Source of the DNA: Basidiobolus meristosporus CBS 931.73
Lineage: Eukaryota; Fungi; Basidiobolomycota
Length of the DNA: 64,000 nt
Direction: 5' to 3'
NCBI GenBank assembly: GCA_002104905.1
Contig: MCFE01000112.1
Coordinates: 62,001-126,000, forward strand
Shown: positions 24,534 to 38,000 of the stretch, piece after piece
Layout: every line of letters begins with the position of its first letter
How positions within the stretch are numbered: position 1 is the first letter of the stretch
The notes under the pieces: model-generated
Database searches by the model: none
What the model was told of the DNA's origin: nothing
Seen by the model: the letters and a program-made list of their open reading frames with translations, nothing else
Position numbers and translations under genes: made by a program

Positions 24534-24902
24534 TGTTGAGATATAGGGCTATTTGGTATCATTCAGTAGCTAAAAATTCACTTGACAATTTTACACCTGT
24601 CTTGGTCACTGTGGGACTAACTCAGAGCCCTAACATTGCCACTTTTTTCAGATCTATTAGCTTATGATTATTCCCCTATAGTCAGCATTAAATTAGCACT
24701 TTTACTAAACATTATATACTAGCCCTGAAGCAGTTGCAGAATGTTCCTGAAAGATGAAAAACCCTGCTTACTTAGTATTACAGCTGTATTACTTCTACAA
24801 AGGTAAAAATACTGAGCTTCTTTATGACTTAATAACAGTTAACCTCTTATCACTCTTACCTGATAAGTTCCTAGTAACCAAATCACTTCTTAAATTGCAA
24901 CA
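24534..24902 (+). mobile_element. Copia solo LTR (369 bp)
   Basis: TGTTG...CAACA termini and a perfect 5-bp TSD GGAAC/GGAAC; homologous to the LTRs of the copia at about 35010-38992. Confidence 0.88.
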
Positions 24903-25331
24903 GGAACCATGCACAACACTACTACAGAGACAGATTCTAATTTGTATCAGGATCTAATAGATTGTAGGATTTTACTTCAGCTGAGCATCAATAAACTAGT
25001 GGAGTAAGCTAAGTGTAAGCAAAAGCTATTCAGTGCTTCTAATGCAAAAATGCAACAATATGGAGTATATTTTTATACACATGGCTCATAGCAGCAGTTC
25101 TGAGTAGTCAGGGGATGCCACTGGCTCAAATTGCTAGTTATTCAGTTTAAATTCAGTTCAACCAGTCCACATGTTTATACTCTTGTGTATTCATATATTT
25201 ATTCAATGATGCCTTTTGGGAGGACTTTGGGTAGCAGATGCACTACAACAGTACACCTATTGTTCAAATTAGTTCTGAGATTTGAAAGAGTGCTTTGTAG
25301 TTATATTCTGTCTTTTAAGTCTTATCATTAG

Positions 25332-25681
25332 TATGCAAAGTATGGCTGTAAGAGTTGTAGATGAATAGGGAGTTTAGCAACTATTGTATTCACTAAAACA
25401 TGAGCTAATTTTTATTGAGGTTTCAGCCTCTCCTTATGTACTCTTTGCTAGATCTGTGGCTTACCAATCATTTATTTTAATCTAGACTGTGACTGATGAC
25501 TCATATAATGGCATCACCCTCAATCAATAGAATGAAGCTTAGCTTAATTATTCTTAGCTGATTAGGATCTGCTGATTCTTCTGGTAACAGATAATACTAA
25601 TCTGATAGCAAGTACTGATATACTGTAGGCTAATATCCGCTGCTAAATATCTGGACTAAAAATGGATCCAACTTAGTAAAG
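25332..25681 (-). mobile_element. Older gypsy-subfamily LTR fused to the partial 3' LTR of copy D
   Basis: Closest to 43827-44195 (GTAAGAGTTGTAGATGAA...ATTGAGGTTTCAGC); its end is replaced by the internal part of a younger LTR from 25682. Confidence 0.65.
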
Positions 25682-28600
25682 TTTATTGAGGTTCCAGCAG
25701 CTCCTTATATACATTTTGTCAGATCAATTGCTGACTGATTGCATTTTTATTGAAGGTTGTGGCTGATGACTCATTTGATTGCATCATCATCACGCAATAG
25801 AATCCTACCTAATATTTTTATTTCTGTCTGATAAGAAACTGCTGATTCATTTGCTGACTAATGCTACTAATATGGAAGACAACACTGTTTGACTGATAGG
25901 CGAAACATATAACCAATTGGCTTGACTAAAAGCTGATCTAAGTTACACATTCAAGCAGTATATCATAACATACGCCCTACTAAAGTTGAGAGGGTTCTCC
26001 TGAATCTCTTTTCTTGTGATACCAATATCCTGATGGTTCAATAATGTTGGCAAATCTTGCAAGCTTGACTCTGCCCCAATGGTCTAAATCCTCCCAGATA
26101 TTCCCTTGTCTGCCCACTAGTTGGTAAGTTGCAAAGGTATATTCTCTGATGATTTTAAGAGGTCCTGTTCAATGTAGCTCAAATTTCTTCCAAGTGTTGT
26201 TTCTCAGCAATACATAGTTCCCAACTGTCAATGCTTCTGGTGATATAGTCTTATCAAATCTCTGCTTCATCCTTTCTGCACTTTGAGAGAGTTTGTCCTG
26301 TGCCTTGTGATGTCTTTGTTCCAGCTGCTGGTGTTAACTTAGCTCACAGAGCTCATCTTCTAAGTTATCTGTAAGCTTTAGTTGATTGAGATATCCTAGA
26401 ACTCTTGGCTCACATACATACACTAAGTAATAAGGCAATTGTTGGGTGATGTTGTGTACTCTAGCTCTGCATGCATAAGGTGCTTGGTATACATACTCAT
26501 CCCATCTAGTAACAGCTCCATTTGCCTACTTAGGCAGCATTTTTCCAAATAATCAACTAAACTGCTAAGTGGCTCCATTATTTCTAGGGTGATATGCTAA
26601 GGCTTACAAGTGTTTGATCAGCTGCATCTTCTGGTAAGCTTCAAATGTCCTTACCATAAAGCTTGTTCCTTTGCTGAATAAGATCTTTACAGGGCATCCA
26701 AGCTCCATAGGGATCTCATGTTAGATAAAACTTGCAACTTCTTGCGCACTGGCTACATGTATTGCTGTAGCCACCAGCCATTTAGTGACATGGTTAATTG
26801 CTACTAGGATCCTACAATTGCATTTCCTGGTCATTGGCAGCCTTCCAAAAAGGCCAATTCCCCATATTTCATATGGTCTTAAAGGCTCCAAGGGAAATAG
26901 TTCAGCAATTTTCTGTGGTTGGCCTTGGTTGCTTTGGCAATTTGGGCATGTTTTCACTAGCAGAGGTCAGTTTCTTGGATTCAAAGGCAACTGGGTAGTC
27001 TTTTTCCTGGAGTTCTTGGCTCCAAACTCCAACAATTGCAAAATCTCAAGCATCTGTGCAAAGAGTAAACTCTTTTCTGAACTCAGGTATTCTTAAGCTT
27101 GGCAGCTTAGCAAGTTCATTCTTGAGTGTCTGAAAGACAGTCTCACTAGCAATGTCCCATTTCTGGTATTGTCTTTCTTCAGGATATCAACTAAAGGGGC
27201 TACAATACTTGCAAAGAACTTGATAAATCTTCAATAATGGGAAATCATTAACAGATGATCTGAGTTCTGAAATGCTATGGGGCTGCTTCAGATTCTTGAT
27301 AACTTCTACCTTCTTAAGGTCTAAAGTCACTCCTGTGCTAGTCACTATGGGTCCCATATATTCAATATGCTACCTGAAAAGCTTGCACTTGGCTAGCTTA
27401 CAGAATAGCTTGTTCTCTATTAGCTTCTTCATGATCTGTTCAATGTACACCAAGTGATCATCTTCTATCTTGCTGTATAGCAACTTGTCATCTGGGTAAA
27501 GTATCACAAGCCTGTCTAAGTACTCTTGGAAGGCAGTGTGTATCAGAGTCATGAATGTTGCAGGGGCATTAGTGAGGCCAAAACACATAACTTAGTACTC
27601 CTAATATCCATATCTGGTCCTGAATGCTGTCTTAGGGATGTCTTATGGCTTCACCCTAATCTGGTTGCATCCTCACATGAAGTCAATCTTGCTGAATGTT
27701 GCGGCTCCATTGAGGAGGTCAGAATCTCAGCAATCCAAGGTATAGGGTAAGTATTCTTCATGGTTGCTGAGTTGATGGCTCTGAGTCAAAGCACATCCTC
27801 ATTCTTCCATCCTTATATTTCACATAGAGTACTGGTGCTCCCCAAGGTGACTTGCTGGGTCTGATATATCCTGTCTCCTAAAGACTTCCAACTCCAATGG
27901 ATTAATTCTGTAGGGTGTCTTACTAACTGGAGGGCTATCTCCTGTGTCAATGGCATAATCCACATCTCCAACTGGTGGTGGGCTTACAAGCCCATCTGGA
28001 AATACATCTGAATATTTCCTCTAAAGAGTCTGAACCCTCTGGGATGCTGGAGTAGAGGAACCATCCTGTAATACTGCCATAAGGAACATCTAAGTGCTTT
28101 TTCTAAGTGCTCCACAGAAATGTGACTGGCTAAGCTCACTAGTTTCACACATACTGGAATTGACCAAGTAGAAATCCAGCCTGGCAGATAATAACCATAG
28201 GTCTTGTTGTCCTTCTGGATCTGAGTAGCATGGGTTCTTGAGTTGATTGATGGATTACAACAAAATAGCAAGGTTTTTCCAAGTACAAGGTCAAACTTGC
28301 GGTTTCTAAATATATTGGCCTGCAGCTCTTCTTCATAGCCATTGATCTTGATCCTTACTTGCTGAGTAATACCATTGATTATGCAAGAATTCTCATCAGC
28401 TATTGCAACTGAAGTTAACTTGGTGGGTTCTAAGCTAATGCCAGCTTTCAAAGCAAATTGCTCTGACATGTACTCAAGTAATGCTCCTAGTCAATCATCA
28501 TCTTGGCAGGTACTCCATTGATTACCCCATTCAGGTTTAATAGCTTCCCTGAGTTTGAGGTCATCTGGGAAAGGTATTCTTCTGTCATATGGAAGGTGAA

Positions 28601-29933
28601 TTTTGAGTCTTCTTCAAGTTCATCCTCTATTTTACTATGCTCAAGGGCTTCAATATGGTTAAGGATTCTTGAGGGCTGGTGTCCATTTTGTCACTTTGGG
28701 CAGTACTTTGCAATATGTCCCTGCTGGTGGCAATTAAAGTAAAGTCCCTTCTTCTTTAATGCATCTGAGGTTGGATTCTTCTGCACAGCATCCGTATCCA
28801 TTGACACTGCTTCTGATTGTCTTCTTGATAGTGATAGTAGCCACTCTGACTAGTCATTGTGGCCTTCAACCCCAAACATAGCTGAGCCATAGCCAATGGC
28901 AATATCAATGGCTTCTTTAGTATTCTGAGGTCTTCAATAATGCACTTCCTTGCAAGTTCTTTCTTTCAACACATCAATAAGGTATTGTATTTTATTCTGG
29001 AGGTCCATTCTTTCAATTTGTCCATGTAGACATCCATATTCATAGATGCACTCTTGGACCATTCCTTTCTGTCTCAGTGTCTTCAACTATCTTCCTAGTA
29101 GTGTTTGCTGGTGTGGGGGCTCATAAGCATCCTGAATATCCAGCAGAAGCTCATTTCAGGTAGAGATTGTAGAGCATCCCATCATGGTGGCTGAACTGAT
29201 TGTGTTGTGCTTCAACACTAAAGCTGCATTGGCCAGGTAAGAGGCTGCATAATGTAACTTGCTTTCTGGATCAGTTTTCTTAGCCTTGAAAGCTTCTGCA
29301 ATCTGGATGTGCCAAGCTCCCAGGTTTTCATTGACTCTACCATGGTACTGGTTGACCTTACACTTTAGTTGCTCTTTACAGGGTTTGGCTGGTTCTACAC
29401 CATTGTTAATCATTGCTTGTTGCTGCTAGCTAAGGATTTGGAGTAACCGTTGCTGTTGGGCCAGGATTTGATGCATGGCATTTTTGCATTCATGATATTC
29501 TGACATCTTGGAGGAGGCCTCTTCTTTCTTCAGGAGGGAGATTTCTGGTTATTACTGCTACCAATGTTACAAGTCTTGATATAAGGGTTGTAGAGGAATA
29601 GGGAGCTTAGCTAGTATTGTATTCACTAGAACTTGAAGTGATTTTTATTGAGGTTCCAGCAGCTCCTTATATATATTTTGCCAGATCAGTTGCTGACTAA
29701 TTGTATTTCCTAATGTAGGCTGCGTCTGATGAATCATTTCATTGCATCATCATCACCCAATTAGATCCTACTTAATATAACTATTTCTGTCTGATAAGGA
29801 TCTGCTGATTCATCTGTTGACTAATACTACTGATTTGATACGTAACACCAATATACTGATAGGCTAAACATAAAACTAATTGGTTTAACTAACAGCTGAT
29901 CTAACTTAAACATTCAGGCAGTAGATCATAACA
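25682..29933 (-). mobile_element. Decayed Ty3/gypsy copy D with a deletion between RNase H and the integrase zinc-finger region
   Basis: Partial 3' LTR 25682-25970, integrase, RT, protease, gag, PBS, 5' LTR 29565-29933; many stops. Confidence 0.9.
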
Positions 29934-32900
29934 TTCTCCCCCATTAAAGTTGAGAGGGTTCTCCTGAATCTCTTTTCTTGGGATACCAATATCTTGATGG
30001 TTCAGTATTGTTGGCAAGTCTTGCAAGCTTGAGTCTGTCTCTATGAACTAAATCTTCCCAGATATTCCCTTATTTATCCACTAGTTGGTAAGTTGCAAAT
30101 GGGCATTCTCTGACAATCTTGAATGATCCTGTCCATTGTGGCTCAAACTTCTTACAAGTGTTGTTTCTTAGCAGTACAAAGTTCCCAACTGTCAATGCTT
30201 GTGGTGTTATGGTCTTATCAAATCTCTGCTTCATCTTTTCTGCACTCTGAGATACCTTGGCCTGTGCCTCTTGATATCTTTGTTCCAATTGCTGGTGTCT
30301 ACTGGGCTGACTGAGTTCATCTTCTAAGGCGTCTGTAAGCTTGGGTTGTGTGAGATCTCCTGGAATCCTTGGCTCACATCCATATACTAAGCAAAATGGT
30401 GATTATTGGGTAGTGTTGTGCACTCTAACTCTGCAGGCAAAAAAGTGCTTGATCTATATACTCATCCCATCTACTGACAGCTCCATTTGCATACTTGGTC
30501 AGCATTTTTCCAAATAATCCATTAAGGCGTTCAGTGACTCCATTGGTTCTGGGGTGCTATGCTGAGGTTTTCAAGTGTTTGATCTGCTACATTTCCAGGT
30601 CAGCTTCCAATGTTTTTGCCATAAAGTTTGCTCCTCTATCCGATAAAATCTCCACAGGGCATCCAAACTTCATCAGGATCTCATGGTAAATGAAACTTGC
30701 AACTTCTTGTTCACTGGCTATTGGTACAGCTTTAGCAACTGGCCATTTAGTAGCATAGTCAATTGCTACTAGGATCCAACAGTTGCATTTCCTGGTGGTT
30801 GGCAGTCTTCCAATAAAGTCAATTCCCCATCTCTCAAATGGTCTTACAGGCTCCAAAGGGAAGAGTTTGGCAATTCTTTGTGGCTGGCCTTGATTGATTT
30901 GGCAGTCTGGGCATGTTTTCACTAGCTTCTCAATATCTTGTCTCATTCTGGGCCACCATGCTCTGGCTTTCAGAAGGCTATAGGTTCCTTCAATCCCAAA
31001 ATGTCCATATCCATGATATAGCTTATGTATTGAATCCAGGCAAGCAACATAAGGACAATAGGCAATAGGGCTTCCATCAACAATCTGGTGGAGTACTTCA
31101 TCCTCTACTACAAATTTGCTGTCTTCCTCCCGGATTATCTTCTTGATCTCTTCATACACCTCATTATGAATTGCTTTGTCCTCCAAGTACTGTGGTAATA
31201 AGCTAGGCCAATCTGACTCATACACCAAGTTGAGTTGTGCCACTTGTTTTAATCTTGATAAGGCATCAGCAACCGTGTTGTTTTTCCAAGGGCTGTAGAC
31301 AATCTCCAAGTCAAATTGCTGAATGTATTCACTCCATCTTGTCATTCTTCTGGATAGAACCTTCCAAGTAAATATACACTTGAGTGAGGCATGACCAGTC
31401 TTTACAGTGCATTTGACTCCTTCAATATAGCATCTTCATGTATTCAGGCAGTGTATTATTGGAAGCATCTCCTTCTCATGCACCGGATAGTTTTGTTCTG
31501 CTAAGTTCAGTTTTTTGGATTCAAAGGCAACTGGGTAGCTCTTTCCCTTGTTTTCTTGGCTCAGTACTCCACCAAGTGCATAATCTGAAGCAGCTGTGCA
31601 CAGGGTAAACTCTTTTCTGAAGTCAGGTATTCTTAAGCTTGGCAGCTTAGCAAGTTCATTCTTGAGCATCTGAAAGGCAGTCTCACAGGCTATGTCCCAC
31701 TTGTAGGTGTTGTCTTTCTTGAGGATATCAGTTCAAGGGGCTGCAATGCTTGCAAAGGACTTGACAAATCTCCAATAATAGGATACCATTCCAAGGAATG
31801 ATCTGAGTTCTGATATGCTATGGGGCAGGTTCAAATTCTTGATAACTTCAACCTTCTTAGGGTCTAAGGTCACTCTGGTGCTAGTCACTATGTGTCCCAG
31901 ATATTTAATGTGTTCCTTGAAGAATTCACACTTGGCTAGCTTGCCATATAGCTTGTTGAGAGGTCTTCAATAATTCACTTCCTTGCAAGTTCTTTCTTTC
32001 AACCCATCAATAAAGTATTCAACTTGATCCAGGGGGTCCATTCTTTCAATTTGTCCAAGTAGACATCTGTACTCATAGATATATTCTTGCACCATTCCTT
32101 TCTGTCTGAGTGTCTTTAACTTCCTTCTTAGTAGTGTCTGCTGGTGAGGAGCTTCAAAAGCATCCTGAATTTCCAACACAAACTCATCCCAGGTAGAGAT
32201 TGTAGAGCATCCCATCATAGTGGCCTACCTGATCTTGTTGTGGTACCACTGTAAAGCTGCATAATGCAACTTACTTTCTGGAGCAATTCCTTTAGCCTTA
32301 AAAGCTTCTTCAATCTGGAAGAGCCAAGTTCCCAGGTTTTATTGACTCTGCCATGGTACCTGTTGACCTTCACACTAAAGTTACTCTTGACAGGGCTTTG
32401 CTGGCTCTGGGCCATGGTAGTCATTCCTTGTTGCTGTTGGCTGAGGATCTGGAGTAACTGTTGCTGTTGGGCCAGGATCTGTTGCATGGCATTCTTCCAT
32501 TCTTGATTGTGCAACATCTTGAGGGTGGTTTCTTCCTTCTTCAGGAGGGAGGTTTCTGGTTATTGCTGCTACCAATGTTACAAGTCTTGATATAGGAGTT
32601 GTAGAGGAATAGGGAGTTTAGCTAGTATTGTATTCACTAAAACTTAAATGATTTTTATTGAGGTTCCAGCAGCTCCTTATATACATTTTGCCAGATCAGT
32701 TGCTGACTAATTGTATATCCTAATGTAGGCTGTGACTGATGAATCATTTGATTGCATCATCATCACCCAATTAGATCCTACTTAATATAACTATTTCTAT
32801 CTGGTAAGGATCTGCTGATTCATCTGCTGACTAATACTACTGATTTGTTAGATAATACTGATATACTGATAGGCTAAACATAAAACTAATTGATATAACT

Positions 32901-32943
32901 AACAACTGATCTAACTCAATCATTTAGGCGGTAGATCATAACA
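29565..32943 (-). mobile_element. Ty3/gypsy copy E, internally deleted (gag C-terminus to mid-RT), sharing LTR 29565-29933 with copy D
   Basis: PPT and integrase stop follow 29933; junction near 31958 joins KEVNY..P (gag) to NKLYGK (RT); 5' LTR 32576-32943 with PBS. Confidence 0.92.
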
Positions 32944-32960
32944 TTAGTGTGTGTAGTTGA

Positions 32961-33700
32961 CAGCAGCAACTGTTGGCTATCAGAAAGCTTTATTCAACTA
33001 GGAATCTGCAATCCGTTATCCTCATTGAGTATATGGAAATAACTACTAGGTACTCACAAAGCATTCAATATTTTTGTATTGAGGTATGGTTCACTATGCA
33101 CTGATTGTAGCAGCAATTACTTGCTGTTTTCAATATCATATCAGTAGATGAAACATATATCAGGATACACCTACAGCCCAGAAGCAGCAGCTTTTGAGTG
33201 GGCACCATGTCAGCCATGCAAATGCATAGACATGCTTGCATCTGCACATTTCATAGCAGCAACTGTTGGCTGTCAGAACATTTCACTGATGTAAGAGATA
33301 TTTGCATCTTGATTTTAGTTATGAGCAAGAATTGGCAGTTGCTCAATGCTCACACAACAGGCAATATGAAATATAGAAATATGCTCTAATATACTTACTC
33401 ATAGCAGCAAGTATTTGCTGTCACATTATCAGCGTGAGTAATAAAGGTATATGGTAGTTGTGCAAATGATCTGATTCCAGTAGCTGCTATGATATTCCAA
33501 TGTCACTGATACATTTAAGTGCATCTACTTGTATTCATAGCTCACAGCAGTTACTGTTGGCTGTTAGAATCAATTAAACATACTGATAAGCAATAAGGGC
33601 TACAGCTACTACTCAGATACTGTCATTCATGAAGAAGAATTCTGGAGTAGTACAGATGGGCAAATATGGTTGAGTGGTTTGTTTTATTACAATATCCCTT
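32961..33700. repeat. Degenerate tandem array, period 143-148 bp, with conserved palindromic AGCAGCAA...TTG(G)CTG cores
   Basis: Cores start at 32961, 33108, 33254, 33402 and 33545; second copy at about 44797-45540. Confidence 0.7.
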
Positions 33701-34580
33701 GCTGCTATACTGAATGTTTGAGTGAGAAATAGATATTGAGGTTATAACATTATTTTACAAGCATCTGCAAGTAGACACCTTGGGCAAGTGTCAAAATAAC
33801 TAATATCAGGGAGAGCATTGCAGCTCAGTTGATAATGTGATAATCACATGACAATAGCTCAGGTGTAAAAGCTAAAAATATAGGGTTATACAGCATAAAA
33901 ATAGGCAATAAGAGATATTAGTTATTTTTGGGTCAGAGAAAATCAGTTAGGGCCCTGAATTCTCTGACTTAGTGAACTTGATCAAGTTCATCCAAATGAC
34001 CCTTATAGGACTTATCTACTAGTAGATACCCAAGTAATTATTCTAGATGCCTTAGTTCATAGGGATAGACTCAAGTTAGGAAGACTTCCAGAGAATGAGC
34101 AACAATCCAGATACTGTTGCCTTAAAAGAAAGGACTCAGGAGAATCATCTCAATCTTAGTCAGAGATAGTGATGTCATCTACCACTTTTTTGACTTAGTT
34201 AGGTCCAATGTTGGTCAAGATATTTCAGAATTAGTGGTAGTAACCTATCCATATATTAATATTTTCTATGGAATCAGTATCATGTGTCACTAGAAGAATT
34301 GGCAGATCCTTAACAGCTAGAAAAAGTTGTATAAGCTTGATTCTATTGAACAGTTGAAAAACCTAAATAAAAATCAGCTCAAATATCAGTGAATATAATA
34401 CAAGCTAAACTTCATTTACCTTTAAAACTCTACAGCTAAGAAATGAAACATTTGTAGCAGTGATAACCCAAGCACTCCCTCCTGAAGAAATCAGAAGCAC
34501 TCTCTAAGATGTCAGACAACCAAGAATGGCAAAATGCAATGCAGTAAATTGTTGCTGAGCAGCAACAGCTACTTTATCAT
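33650..34580 (+). mobile_element. Old gypsy-subfamily junction fragment: integrase tail, LTR (about 34170-34450), PBS, gag start
   Basis: Reads [28 protein letters not shown]-stop, then an LTR-like block, TTTGTAGCAG and ATG 34509 MSDNQEWQNAMQ. Confidence 0.75.
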
Positions 34581-35009
34581 ATATTAGCATACCTCACTGT
34601 TGTGTTGGGTCTGCACCAGTATTAACTTCTTGTGGTTACTGATTGTAGAGGTCTGTGTATCTGTAACTACAATAGTGGTATTTGCATTATTCAAACAACA
34701 ACTAACTGCAATGTTTACTTGGTTTAAAGCTGGTTGTGAATTGTGGCTGAGGTTGTAACAAGAATGGCTGCTTCACCTTCTAATCTGCTTTCTGCATTTG
34801 GAAGGAACATCACTTGTAGCATTAGTGTTTTGCATCCAATTTTTTTGACAGTTGTGCATAAACAATCACTCTCAGTTTGGAGCTATTGACTGATTCACGG
34901 ATGAACTTGACTAATAATGCTATACAGAGCTGAAGAGAGTAGGTATGCTTGAATCTTTCTATACACTTGCCACTGCCTTGGTACTTTATGGATTCTCACA
35001 ATGCAAGTA

Positions 35010-38000
35010 CAGAGCTAGCAATGCATGCTAGTCACAGCTGTTGCAATGCATAGCTGGAAGAGTTGTACAGGAGTGGGGAGTTCAGCTAGTATTACATTCC
35101 CTGAAAATCAAGCTGATTAGTACTTTCTTGAGATCATTGATCCTATGATTTTTCCTCTGGAGTTAGGATAAAATTAACACTTTTACCAAACATAATTTAC
35201 TAGCCCTAAAACTGTGCTAGAATGATCCTGAATATTGGGAAACCCTCTATACTTAGTGTTACAGTTGTGTAACTTCAAAATTGTGTAAATACAGGGCTTC
35301 TTTACAAATAAACTACAGCTCACCTAATATCACTATTTCTTAATAATTTCCTTGTATCCAAATCACTTCTCAAGGTGCAAGAGGTTGTTAGCCCCAATTG
35401 ACATGATTTATTCAAAAGATGACTTCTACCAGCAAACAGATTATTACAAACATCTTCCCTACAAAGGTAAGATTAGATGGAACGAACTATAGACTTTGGA
35501 GAATTAGGAAGCAGATTGATCTTAAGAAAAGAAAGCTTTGGAATACAGTCACAAGAAAAAAGGTTGAGCCTAACAATTCAGCAGAAGAAGTGTGGAGATT
35601 TTGAGAAAATGAGCAAGAGGCATTTGATGCCACATTTATCAATGTGCAAGATATCTCCATTGGACAAATACATGATTCAAATACTGCTAAAGAACCATGG
35701 GAATCCTCAGAGAAGATTTTTAGTGCAAAGTCAGTATCAAGCAAGCATTATTTAGAACCAAAGTTTCTGAACATGGGGAATAAGCCAGATGATTACATGC
35801 TACAACTTATATCAGAATGGAACACCTGCAGAGGAACTTAACAGTATTAATGCTAGTGTTGATGATGAAGAAAAGATACTCTGTCTGCTTTGCAGCCTAC
35901 CCAGCAAGTATGTATCACCCATATCATCTTTTGAACACAGAGGAGTCAATCTTTCTTTTGACTATGCTAAAGGAAGACTTCTCCATGAAGAACTCAAAAA
36001 TACTAATCAAGCAGAGATAGTTGAAGTCAATGCTTTATTTAGCTCAGAAAGGCACACAGGAAAGTAGTATAGCCAAAGAGGACCTGGTTGCTGTAATCAC
36101 TGTATGAAGCCAGGACATTGGGCAAGAGAATGTAAGAAGAAATAAGCAGAAGTGAATCAGAAACTGGAGCAGGCAAACAATATAACTACTGGTGAATTAT
36201 TATTTGTATCTGTACAAGAGTGTCCATGTAACTAAAGTAATGAATGGTATATTGAAGCTGGAGCATCACTGCATATTTTCAGCGCAACAGAATGGCTTGG
36301 CAAGTAAAAGACTATTTCCAAAAAAAATTATCTGGGAGACAACTTTGCATTGGAAGCTACCACCAGTGTATCCTTACAGCTGTATATGAGTGATATATGA
36401 GGGGCATGGCTGCAAACTGACTAAATAACTCTAAGTGCCCAAAATAGCTAGAACCTACTCACTGTCAGTAAAGCAACTACTCAGGAACTGAAATTTGCAC
36501 TTACTAAGCTGAACTGCTCAATCTTGTCTGAAAATAGACAGGAATTAGATTTAGGAATTAGAGATCACAATATATACTAGTTACAATTCAAGATCATTGA
36601 ACCTGAGTATGTCCACATTGCAGACGCTAATGTGACAAACTGGGAAACATGGTACAGAAGGCTAGGACACTTTGAGGAGCAAAATATAAGCCAATTAGTG
36701 GAAGATATATTGTTTTTGGGGACCAATTACTACATTCTGATCAAGTTGAGTGTCTGTGAGGGTCAATTGCATGGCAAACAAGATAGGCAGGATTTCAGGA
36801 GCTCACAAGGCATTAAAACCACCACAATTCTGGCTAATGTACTGTGGTATGCATCACAAATAGATGTCAAGCAGCAGCATTTTGTGACTGTACCCCCTTT
36901 GAAGCATATACAGGCAAAAAACCAGACCTCCAGCGCCTCAGGATCTTTGGCAGTGGTGTCTTTTATCACATCCCTGACAAGAAACACTCCAAGCTGTAAC
37001 CAAGGAGTAAAAAAAGTATCTTTCTTGGGTATTGTGATGATATCCAAGGGTATAGAGTGTATAATAGCAAAATTGAGAAGCTGCTCAAGAGCAGGGACAT
37101 TATATTAGTGGACTATACAGGTGTGGTACTCATCACTGATCAGGGCAAAAACATGGGAACTGGTAGATTTGCCAAAAGGGAGATAGCCAATGAGATGTAG
37201 ATTGGTCTACTAGATCAAGATATCCTCTAATGGTAGCAATGGTAAGTACAATACTAGAATGTTAACTAAAGGCTATTTTTAGATTCATGGACTAGACTTT
37301 AAGGAATAAATTGCTCTTGTGCCCATGTTCAGCTCCATTGGGACAGATCTAGCCCTGGCAGCTGTACACAGTCTAGATCTACACCAAATGGACATCAAAA
37401 CAGCCATACCAAGTTAGGATCTGCAAGAAGCTATACATGTTGATACTAAAGGTCTTACAGATCCTAAATTCTTCCATAAGGTGTGTGAACTGAGCAGGTC
37501 ATTATATGGGCCTAAGCAGGCACCTAGAGCATGGTACAACAAGATTCACACATATCCAGAGGATATTAGTTTAATTTGTAGATCTACAGATCAAAATATA
37601 TATGTGAAGCAGCTCAAATAGGGTGTTGTTATCATAGCTCTTTATGTGGATGACCAAACAATAGCTATAATTGACCAGCAGGCACCAAATCAGACAAAAT
37701 CAGATCTCTTCTGCAAGTTTGAGATGAACAATCTTGGGAAGTTGAGCTATTTTTCTAAAATAGAAGTCAGATTTAAGATATCTATGCAGAAAATGGTTCT
37801 CAATCAGTCCAAGTACCTCAGAATCACTCTTCAAGGCAGCAAAATACAAAATTGCAAGCCCTGCAGCTTCCCTCATGGTCAAATACCTGAAACTGTGCAA
37901 ATCTCCGCCAGTTTAGGTGAAAAGGACTCAAATATGCGCCAAAACCTTCCCTATTAAGCAATAGTTGGTAGCCCAATATACCAGCTGATGTCTAAATGGC

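Noticed and set aside
33200-33270. SWIM zinc finger / Mutator transposase (CCYEMCRCKHVYA)
   Set aside because: The spacing does not fit, the motif is not kept in the other array units, and no MULE domain is nearby.
32961-33700. CRISPR-like array
   Set aside because: The period of about 145 bp is too long, the cores are degenerate and alternate, the spacers are mutually related, there are no cas genes and the context is eukaryotic.
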